A DNA stretch of 64,000 nucleotides, from contig NC_087252.1 of NCBI RefSeq assembly GCF_037042905.1, positions 3,288,001 to 3,352,000 on the forward strand. The letters are read 5' to 3'. Source of the DNA: Lytechinus pictus. Its lineage: Eukaryota. Shown piece by piece: positions 25,247-36,200 of this stretch. The number at the start of each line of letters is the position of its first letter. Position 1 is the first letter of the stretch. The notes below the pieces were generated by a model. The model did not search any database and was not told where the DNA came from. It worked only from the letters and a program-made list of their open reading frames with translations. Both the position numbers and the translations under genes were made by a program.

Positions 25247-27382
25247 TTAAAGCCACTGGAAATCAGCAAACCGACGCACAAATGACACTACTTTCGCGTT
25301 GCAGTGACTCTTCGACGCATGGCACTTCGACCCATCAGGGCTTATTCCGAGGAGACATCTGAGAGACAGGGAGAAAAAGATATTACAGAAAAAAATAAAA
25401 TAAAAACAATCAAATGAAAACTGAGGGAGTCAAAATAAATTGACAAACCTAAAATGAAATTTATCAAACAGTAATTATAGATGGCTCCATCAAGCCAGCT
25501 TTACTTAAAAAAGAATACTTTTTAAATCACTTTTTTCTATTGTTAGTACAGAGACACACTCTTCTCTACTCAAGTACGTAATCATTAACCTGCACCAAAA
25601 TACACCAGATGTTAGTGTGCTAGTCGCTAATAAGTTCTTGAAATTTTGGAGTTCCCCACAGTACTGCTGGGTTTGCTTACTTTCAAAACGTGACACTTGC
25701 AATGGAAATCATATTTGGCTCCCAAATAAATGCAGAAGTACTGTGAAGAATGTCTTTGTTTTCTAAGGCAAGGCAACAGTCGGATGTTGCTCGCTCCATC
25801 AAGTCGCAAAGCAGTAGCACATTAATAAAAAGCCTATTTATCAGATAAGAAAGTATGTTCTAGAATCAAAATGCTTAAATTTATGAGCTGCTCGGATGTG
25901 ACGTCACAACATCATAACTTGAAATATTCACAACTCTAACAAAAAATTTTGACGGATTTTCTTCAAACCTTCACCAATATTTTTCTTTATTTTTCCACAT
26001 TTTTTAAAATCAAGTTATTTTTCAGACTGAAATTCCATTTAGCTAGGATGTCCATGAAATTGGACTTATGTCAGTTCCAGAAAATGGTCCGATATTTTGC
26101 ATGCCATATTGTACCTCTGAATGAACTCCAGTGTTGCTGCAGCCGTGCTTGGATATTCCAAATTGAGGTTGTAATAGGTGGCAAAAAGGTATGCCACCCC
26201 ACAAAGAAAGCCTTCAGTTGTTGATGATGAATGGCCAATAACTCTGCTTTCAACCATGACCATCCACTGGGACTTGGCCGAGTCAAATGGGTCTCCTATC
26301 AAACAAAATAATGTTAAGATTTAATCGTTATGAGCTTCATTTTCTATAATTTGTTTTAACACTAGCTGATGGGAAAATCTCTGGTACAAATTCACTAGAG
26401 TAAAATTCAGTTATTTATTTCCAATTGTCCTGATTCCCCCCCCCCCCCCCCTTATGGACGCGTTACAAAGTGAAAAACTATAATTTATGTTTTTTGCCCA
26501 GTTTTAAAGGCTGGGATCATGCAGTATTCACATGTCTCTTTTGTTAATGACTGCATATAATTACAAGCATGGCAAATCTGAAATGCTGAAAGTGAAAGAT
26601 GTACATATGAAATACAAGTCTGTTTAAGAAAATTGACACAAAATAAACGTACATGTCTGTACAGATTTAGTCTAAACCTAAATCTGAGAATGTTTTAAAT
26701 GTCTGTATTATATTATTCTAAGAGGTTTGATTAAAAACACTGGAAGTTGTCATGCACCTTGGATTATGAGTTTGGGTGAATCAGATGCATCTCCCTCTTT
26801 CTCCATGTCCTCAGCAGTATCTGTAACCTGAAAAGATATGATAATCCCATGTTTCCATTACCATTACACACAAGATTCAACTCTTCAGTGTCATTTAATT
26901 GATTTTAATTTTCATACAGCATGCAGTCCCCAAGAGTGAAGGTCCAATACAATCTAGAAATAATCATCAATTAATTTTCAATTATGTACCACCTCGAAGG
27001 GGGAAGGGCAAGTGATCTCTCTCATTTCTTTTTTCAAATGGGGGCATGCCTTAGCAACAAAACACCCCCCCCCCCCACAACAAAAAATTAAAAATTGAAG
27101 AAAAAAAAAGAAAAAAAAACAGATCTAAGGAAAGGTTCCACAAAGGGTCTTGAAAAGTCCAGAGTCATCGATACAAAAGCAATTATTAAATACTAACTTT
27201 TTCACTCAGGACTAATAGCGCAAAACATTTTTCAGGAGAGTAATTATTAAATCTTACATCACGGATGAGGAAAAGGGAGTCATTCCCTTCTTTAAACAGG
27301 CTCTGCAACCCTCTCAGCACACCAGATGCTACATCATGCAGGTTTGCATCATCTTTTGCAGCCGCAGCTTCCACGAGAAGTA
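25247..27382 (-). CDS. SAMD3 C-terminal-like spliced ORF fragment in CACTG copy 2
   Basis: Exons 27258-27382, 26758-26827, 26115-26295 and 25247-25358. Splice sites and frame preserved as in copy 1. Confidence 0.65.
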
Positions 27383-27444
27383 CTGGAGGAAGAGAGAGAG
27401 GGAAAAAATAGAAAAAAATAATAAGTTGAATGAGTAGGGTCCTG

Positions 27445-29525
27445 GGGTGGTATTCTGAAAACGTTCTTATCTTTGTTCTTATCTTTTATCTTATCTCATT
27501 GAGATAAGAAGACGCTAAAATCATTGCAAATCGGTATTCTGAAAATCTTCTTAACGCGTTCTTATCTTTGTAAGGACTGCCTCCTTCTTATCTTCAACAC
27601 GCCCATTTTTAGGATATTACCAATCAAAATGCGCTTTATATTGGCAGTTTAACCAATAGAAGCGTTCCTTATGTCAAGAGAATATCATGGGCTCTGTGCG
27701 TACACTGTTTCTGGCGCATTGCGCGAAATAGGCATTTTATACGCAATGACTGATTATTATTTCGAGACACGTGCACAAAATGAAGAAAGAAAAAAAGTAA
27801 ATAAAGCAGGTACGAATAAAGAATAAAATATGAAGAAAGACAGTAAGTAGACAGGAAGGTGTCAGAATGAAGCAGAAATTAAAAAAAAAAGATGAAAGGA
27901 ACAAAGCAGAAAATAATGAAAGAAATAAAGAGTAAACGAAAGTAAGCAATCAAAAAGGACTTAAGAAAAAAAAATAATAAAAATAAGGAAAAAGAAATAG
28001 AACGATTATCAATGATAAAGTGAGGAAGAAAAAATAAAGACAGAAAAGAAAGAAACTTAAAGGAAAAAATGAAAAAGATTAAAAAAGGATAAAATGAAGT
28101 AATGAAGAAGCGAAAAAGAAAAAAATTTGAAAAAAAAGACAGTGTGAAAGAAAGAGAAAACGAAAGAATAAAAAAATTTAAAAAGTGAAGGAAGAGAGGA
28201 AAAGGAAAATGAAACAAAGAAATAACGATGAGAGAGAAAAATGAAAGGAAAATTAAAGCAAAAATAAAGATTACAGAAAGATAAAAAGAAAGAAAGGTAA
28301 ATTCAAATAAAGAAAAGGAACGAAAAGGGAAAATAAAAAGTCAAGAAAAGTGAAGAATGAATAAAAAAAGAAAACAAAAAACATTAATGGAAAGAATAAA
28401 GAAAAAGATTTTTTTTAATTGATAGAAGAAAGACACAGAGAGGAAAGTAAAGAAAGAGAGTAAATAAAGAATGAACGAAAAAGAATGAGCGATTAAAGAA
28501 TAAAACACAAAAAAGAAAGTAAATAAGACACAAGAGTGTCGGGAAGCAGAAATTGAAAAAAAAATGAAAGAAAGAACAAACGAATGAACGAAAAAAGAAA
28601 AAAAAAAACCAAAAATAAAAGTAAAAAAAAGAAAAGAAAAAAGAAATAAGGGGAAAAAATAATATTAAGGGAAGGAAAAAAGAAAGAAAAAGGGGAAAAA
28701 GGAAAAGCACATATAAAGACGAAAGAATGAAAGAAAAAAATAAGGAAGAAATAAAAAGATTACAAAAATGTGACGGAAGAAAGAAAAATGAAAAGAAAAA
28801 AAAGGAAAGGAAGAGAGAAAGGGGAAAGAATAATAGCAGAAATAAAGACTTATTCAAGAAAAGAAAGAAAGGGATAAAATGAAAAGGGAAAATAAAAAAG
28901 GAAGAACGATGAAGAATAAATGAAACAAAGCAAAAGAAAAGTAAAGAAATTAAAAGATTCAAAAGAATAAAACAAAAAATATAAAAGAAGAATGAACTTA
29001 AAGAAAGGAAGAAAGACAGACACTTAGAAAGGAAGAAAGACAGACAGATAGAAAGGAAGAAAAAGAGAAAATAAATGAAGAAAGAAAGAAAGAAAAAAGG
29101 GATAGAAAAAAGAGACGGGAAAATAAAGGGTGAATGAAAGAAAGGGTGGGAGGAATACTTGTGGGTACTTGTTACTACTAGTGGCCATCGATTTTAAGCA
29201 AGAAAGAACGCGGACATCGTGAGATGTGATAACCCTCTAGCTATCTTAAATATTATCATAAATATCGTGAAAGATAAGAAAGAGAAAAGATAAGAACGTT
29301 TTCAGAATACCACTTATCTTTATTTTGTTCTTATCTTTTAGCGCGCTTTTGTATTATATGCGCGAGTTATAAATTTACGCGCTCAGCATAGGAGGGAAAG
29401 CAAGATAAGAAGAAAGATAAGAACAAAAGATAAGAAAAAGATAAGAACGTTTTCAGAATACCAATTTGAGAACATGACGTAGATAAGAACAAAATTAAGA
29501 TAAGAACGTTTTCAGAATACCGCCC
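27445..29525. mobile_element. 2.1-kb non-autonomous PIF/Harbinger-like element
   Basis: TIR GGGTGGTATTCTGAAAACGTTCTTATC / GATAAGAACGTTTTCAGAATACCGCCC with 3-bp TSD CTG. Empty site in copy 1 (~8135-8140). The TIR core repeats subterminally; a purine-rich low-complexity core spans ~27780-29150. Confidence 0.85.
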
Positions 29526-31875
29526 CTGGGCAGGAGGGGAGGGAGATAGGGGACAAGAAGATAGACATGGAATGAGTAAGAAGCAAAATGAGAAAGAGTT
29601 TGACAAGATGGAAGAGATATGAGAAGTAGGAGAAGCCAAAAGAAGAGATAAGAATTAATTAGAATATTAAAAGAGGAAATGAAAAAAAAAGAAAAGGAAA
29701 GGGGAGGTGGCAAGAAGGAAGGCAAAGGAGAAGAAATTGGTGAAGAAAGAAGACAAAGGAGGTGAATAATTAGAAGCAGCGGGAAGAAAAGGACAAAACA
29801 AAAAAGTGGAGAACCGAGAAGTAGAAATATAGAGTTGGAAAAAAAAATTGTTTGTGTGTTATTTGTGATCAACTTTAAAAATATTTACAAATGGATAAGT
29901 CATTATTTTCAAGAAAAGTTTACCATTATCAAAGTGTAAAAACTGCAATAGCAAAGGAAATATAAATGTGTTACATTGTGAAAAAGACACAAATGAATTC
30001 ATGGGAGTATCCCCCTTCCCCATCCTTGGCTAATTATATGCACGCGCACGCTTTCAAACAGTGATGACGTCACAATGCAAAAGACCAGACTGTAACAGAC
30101 GATTGCCCACGGTCGGCGCGGCCGGAACTCCGCGCGCTGCATGCATGCGCTGGCTAGCTAGCTCGCACCGTACCATACAGCACTGCACTAGCACTGAATG
30201 CTGCGCTGCATGACTGTACTGTACGAGTATGGCCAGGGTTGCATGGCTAAACTGCGTGCAGACATCGGAATCCGATGCAATCTATCTAGCTGATCTAGCA
30301 AAAAGTAGCGTAATGAAATTTAGTCGATATGATGGAATTGCTAAGAGGCATTTTAATGATAATTTCAACACATACCAAATTTCTATGCATAGGTCTTTAC
30401 TATTTTTTAGCAAGTTAAAAACAGTCAAAATTTGAGTCAACACCCCGCACAACTCTAAGTCTAAATCTACACAGTACACATCTTCCGTAGACAACATCCG
30501 CACAACACACATTAACACATACATCTTCATAGACAACAGAGAGAGAGCGCGAAAAGTGAGGATGGTGAATGTCAGAGTTCCATGAAAGATTACATTATAT
30601 GTAAAACAGTTCAACAAAACATTTCTACATGTGAAGGATCTACAGGATGAAAATATCACTACTTACCAGGGAATGTGTACTTGACCGGAGACGTAAAGTT
30701 GAATTCAAAACAACAGCAGTTCCGACGGCACTTCTTATCGATCTGACACTCGAAATTTTGCAAGAATTTATGCTCCGCGCCGAGTAAGAGGCGCATGCGC
30801 GTGTGACGTGTTGTATCCCAGAATGCATTTCGCGTGCTCAATTACAGTAAATTACTGTAAAGTTGATCTCCCAAAAAAAGAACTCGAATGATTGCTGTAA
30901 ATTACCGTGAACCGCCTGAATAATACGGCAAATTACTGTAAAATCATCATTACAGTATCTTACTGTTAAAATTTACATCAATTTACCGTACAAATTACAG
31001 CAATTTTTTACAGTGAACTTTTGGATTCCTGTTGGAGTCTAGGGTCAGAGCACGTACGTACTTGTTTCTAATGCAGTATATAAAGCGGGATTTTGCCAAA
31101 AGGGGGTGGGGCGCAGAATGTTTTCATCCACGTTTCCCCGATGGGCCGCTAAAAGCCAATTTTTGCTGTTGGTTTATAGAGGAGCAGTCCCAACTAAAGA
31201 CTAAAGTTTCAAGTGCATTTAATCAGCTTTATTCTTACAAACAAGATAGGCTATCTCACATTGCCTAAATCGATGAGCGCGCGAAGCGCGAGCTCTACTT
31301 TTTGGATAACTGATGCATTTAGACTAAAGCAATGAACATTCTTAGCAGTTTTTGCCAGTATATGCGAGCGCGAATCGCGCGCTGAATTTTTAATATATTG
31401 ATGGTACATTCCGAGTAACAATACAAATATGATTTTTTTATTAAAATGTCATGAACAACAATGAAGTGTAACTAAATTTGTATTTAAATTTCAGCTAGAT
31501 GACTTTACCCTCCTGCAAAATAAGTTGAATTGCATGTATAGTGATATGCACAGATGAATGGTATTGGAATGCATGTTAAGTTACCTTAATCATGCACTCT
31601 GAAATAACCTGAGAACACTAAGATTCATTACCTCAAATCAAGTTTGTGAACTGTTTGGGAAGTATTTATAAGAGTGGTGTGCCATATTTTCTTAGAAATG
31701 TGAAAAAAAAATTGTGCATGTAAATGTATACTAAAATTATTGACCCCCTAAATAGAAAAAATTAACAACAACAACAAACACAAAAACAGAATAAAATTAG
31801 CACTTCATACGGAGAAATACGATTGATTCCATTTTGTTTGCATAAGACTGCATTATAATTGTTCATCATTACACA

Positions 31876-32177
31876 CACTGTAAAAAAAACCCCGATTTTA
31901 CAGAAAAAACTAGATTTTGCAGGAAGCAATAACACAATCATTCTATAAATTCATAAAACGGGAATTTTGCTACAATTTAACAGAACAGGTCTGTTTAAAA
32001 AGGGGAAAATTGTGTTTTATTTAAGGAAATTTGTAAGGTTCCAAACACCTAATACCAATTTCCTGTAATTTTACATGATATAATGTAAGAATCCGCAATC
32101 TGGTAAGATTACAGGTGTTCTCGAGACTTTGCTGCAGGAACTTCTTTTATTTTTCAAGGATAAATTTTCTAACAGTG
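31876..32177. mobile_element. CACTG-type MITE (paralog of 1650-1948)
   Basis: CACTGT...ACAGTG termini, TSD CA. Confidence 0.75.
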
Positions 32178-32948
32178 CATAATATTAGCTACGTACTTAT
32201 GCTTTTAAATGTGGAGTGGTATCAGTTTTGTTAATATGTGTGAGTCTTACAATTATACCGATGCCTAATAGTGAAATTGATATACCTTGATATATTACAA
32301 TACATGTATGTACATTGATCGTGGATTCGACTAGCCCTACATTATATACATACATCACAATATCATTGTCACGCCTGACCCGTTCACCGATGAGAGTATG
32401 TTACATCTGGTACTGATTAATAGATTAATCTTTCTTTCTCAGGAAATATATTAAATCATGCATTTCTTTTCCGAAGTATCTCAAAACTATTCCACGCTTA
32501 AATTGTAAGTTGTCCCTCGAATGCATTGTAAAGGCGTGTAAAATGCAATAATTTATATGCATAAATATTAAACGCATTTACTATTAAAGCTTTTTATTCA
32601 TTTTTCTTCAATCATCTAGAGACAGTTTTAAGAAGACAAATGGATTTCATGACCAGGAGTCAATCTTGATATCTAAAAAAGGATTAAAAAAAATATATAA
32701 TATGTATTTATTTCGTCAAGTCAACGTTGATTATGTAATAAATTTAGATTACAAATAGATTACCAATTTCTATATAAAATTACGTCAACAGATATATTTT
32801 TATTTCTTTAAATGTTTCTTCCGAAACATAACTAATTCGCTCATTTGGTGATATGTTTACGGTCTATTCTAATTATTTAAACCGCAAACCAGTCATTTTT
32901 CTAGCTATGGAATATGGCAACCTTTCAATTCAATCATTGAGAAATAAC

Positions 32949-33290
32949 TCATAAATATGTGGTGATTACCGAATCAATACTCTCTGACGCAATTCCTCTA
33001 TTGGGAAATGTTGTAGGACCTGAACAGGATAAGTATCCCCCGTCACAGGAATTCAACATTTGTTGAAGTATGGCATCTGAAGTTGAACCCCCTTGCAGTG
33101 ATGAAGTACATGCTGACTGTGTAGGATTCAGAGAAGAAAAGTTACCAGGTTCACTGGTTTGATGATTGGGTGGAATACCTGGGTGAGCTATTGGCTTCAT
33201 CTCCATGTATTCGTGGGAATCATGGGTGGTTTGCTTAGGAACCACGTCACTTCGGGAAACAGCGGGATCTCCACCAACACCAGGTTGGGA
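32949..33290 (-). CDS. Paralog B last coding exon (cytoplasmic tail)
   Basis: aactgtag|TCC acceptor, 342 nt to TGA; EYMEM, GGYLSC, ITTYL*. Confidence 0.8.
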   Translation of the reverse strand, partial: SQPGVGGDPAVSRSDVVPKQTTHDSHEYMEMKPIAHPGIPPNHQTSEPGNFSSLNPTQSACTSSLQGGSTSDAILQQMLNSCDGGYLSCSGPTTFPNRGIASESIDSVITTYL

Positions 33291-36200
33291 CTACAGTTAG
33301 CATGGTTAGGGAAAATGTATGAGATAGGAAAATTTACTCAGTAACACCTTTAAAAGTTGACCTGCAATTCAAAACATAATTTTTTTATACCATAACCAAT
33401 ATGCTCTTGCCAATAATTAAGAAACAATCAAGTTGTTCGCGTGGCTGGAGATAATCTAATGGCCCTCTTATCGCCAATAAGTTTCGATTTACATCAATTT
33501 AATCGTTGTAAATGCACAATGTATAAAATAATGCCATAAGGTGATAAGATTTTTAATATATCTATACTATTATATCTATTTTAAATGTATAATTCGTTGC
33601 ATGTATATTAAAAAATGGCGTCGAAAATTGAGCATGATGATGATCAGCATGTGTATATATATTTTTATTATAAGTGTTGCTTTTTCTCGTCAACAATATC
33701 ACACGAAATAGTATTTTCGAACGGGATCTATTGAAATATATATTCAGTTTTACTTAAGAATTCGGTTTAAAAAATTGAACAAGATTGGATTGGTATTGCC
33801 AATTATATTTACCATGGTGGAATTCGCATAAAGGGGCTCGTTGTTCGAGTCCTTCTGGTGCATTGCGGTCACTGCTACTCCATCTGCCGTGTCTGCGTCC
33901 CCTGCTACAAAAGCAAATTTGAAAATGAAAGAAATTTAGGGAGATTTCATATAAAAAACGGATATTGTATAGTCTGTTTTGATTACGTGTGCATGTATTG
34001 TCCGTGAAGAAATGGGTAATCAACGCAAGAAAATAATTGGAATTAAAGGCACTTTGAAATTCTGACATTATGGTTAGATATTGAACACTATAGCGAATTA
34101 TTAGTTATTATTATTATTTTATTTCAGCAAGGAAAAGTATATTGAATTGGTACAATGTAAGGAAAACATAACGAATATAACATGGATCGAGCACCCATTT
34201 GACTGCCAGGGTCAAATAAAATTAATTATATGACACCTACATGTAGATAGATCATTGTGATTTGATTAGTTGTTTGTTAACGTTCATTCAGCCCATTTTG
34301 CAATGACATCATCAACCGTGCAATTTTGAATCCATTCATCGTGCAATTTTGGATCCATACGATTTTGTCCATTGCACGCGCACAACGAGACTGCAGCTGC
34401 AGGCACAAGCAGTGCGCATGTTGTAATGACGTAACAATCAACAGACCGAACTCGCACTGCATGAGCTTGTTTTGCATCGAAATTCATTAATTTCATATGA
34501 AAAAAATAAGTGTCATATAAAGCAAATAATGATTTTTTTTCATTCGTGCAATGGACAGAATATTTCATTCGGTGAATGGATCATTTCATCTTTCACCTCA
34601 TGAAGTATTGTGTCCAAATAATAAAAAAGTCGGTCTCGCGGGCTTTTGGCCTTGTTGGCCTTTGGTCAAGGGGTCGGACCCCGTTGAAAAAAAAATCGTT
34701 TCAATGGGAGCATGCAATGGCAAATTACTACTTGCTAATTTCAAAATCATCTGGCGCATATTCTATTTTTTTGTTCCCTTCTAATCTCTCATTGCAAATT
34801 GCGTTAAACAGGGGCCGCGGAACCTCCCACTTTTTTCCAAAACCGTGTACAAAAAACGTAAAAATGACCATATAATTGTGATTTTTAGCATGGTCAGCCC
34901 CCCCCCCCTCCACTTTGAAAACCGTTCCGCGGCCCCTGTTAAAAGTGCACATGATGTGCATGTTGAGCTTATCATGCTTATTAACGTTGAATATGAGTCC
35001 AAACTGACTCAGTCTTGGTTGAATTGGCCAAAAATTCAAATGACATTAAACAGTTGCGATGAATTATATAAATATCTTGGTTATGGTTATAGCTATATAA
35101 TAGCCTTGTAATCACCATGTTCATATACAATTTACATATATATGATAGACTACAGCAAATATCACCATCTTCTGGTCCTTAGAAAAGACCAATGTATACA
35201 TATTTTCATAGACGTCAGATTTAATTTTTATGTGTCATTAATAATCAAACAACTTTAACGAATTCGATATTATATTGATATTTCTTGATAAAATTATTGA
35301 AGAGAAAAAAAAATCACCTCTATCTGTGTTATGTCGTAAGCACTTGTGAGAAACCGTTACTGCAACCAGGCCCAGAATCATTGCACCTAATGATCCTCCC
35401 AAGATGTATATAACTATACGAAGCAGAGCACAGTTGTCTAGAGTCAAAACATAAAATTACATGTTATTTCTTCTGACAATTATGAATATTAAGTCTTCCT
35501 CAAATTGCAAGCGAGCCAAGCCAAATGTATATATGTCTTACCATTTCACCTCTTTCAGTAATAATATAGTTCAAACGATGCGACAATACAACCAGAATAG
35601 TTAGGTGATCAAAAATAATTGTAAAACAACCTATGTCAATTTAGATGTTGTCTGTATTGGATATTAGCACTGAAATTCAAATTAACAAAACAGATAACTC
35701 TTAAGACACATTGCTTATTAGGTAGCATTTACGGGAGCATTCATGTAAATGAAATATTGTAAATTAAACTCTATGAGCCATTCATTAAAGAATTGATATA
35801 TATATATTAATCTTCCTTTAGAATGCCTGAAAGTATTAAAGGTTATTCTGGGAACGTATTCTTGTATTCATTTGCGAGTACTCTAAACGAGCAATGTCAT
35901 GAGATTTTTGTTATGGCATATAATCTCCTCAATCATTATTGATCCGTAAATTAAAATCGGTACCAAAGCACGTGATGCCAACAATGAAATAATGATCAAT
36001 GGAATAATAATAGTAATAATAAAATGACAATTATGGTGATAATACAAATAACAATAACGAATGAATATAAATATGCTAAGAATGAAACCTTTAACGAAAC
36101 AAAATGCCCTGTACTGTAAATTTACCGTTTGAAAACTGATATTAAATAGTCAGCTTTGACCCATTGGCAAATACCAAACATGACGGAACAATTTATTGTT

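Larger units (their letters stand above)
21753..31015 (-). mobile_element. EnSpm/CACTA (CACTG) element copy 2, inverted, carrying an extra 2.1-kb insertion
   Basis: CACTGTAAAAA...TTTTTACAGTG, TSD AA (21751-21752 / 31016-31017). The ORF track gives identical peptides on the opposite strand to copy 1. Confidence 0.9.

Noticed and set aside
27737..28962. Phe/Leu/Ser-rich minus-strand ORFs resembling membrane proteins
   Set aside because: They are translations of a low-complexity polypurine tract inside a MITE. The same applies to the 5' part of 7793-8395, 51338-51803 and 59155-59626.
6636..31015. 7-kb inverted duplication as an assembly artefact or host-gene duplication
   Set aside because: Both copies end exactly at CACTG TIRs with different TSDs and have private indels and a private insertion.
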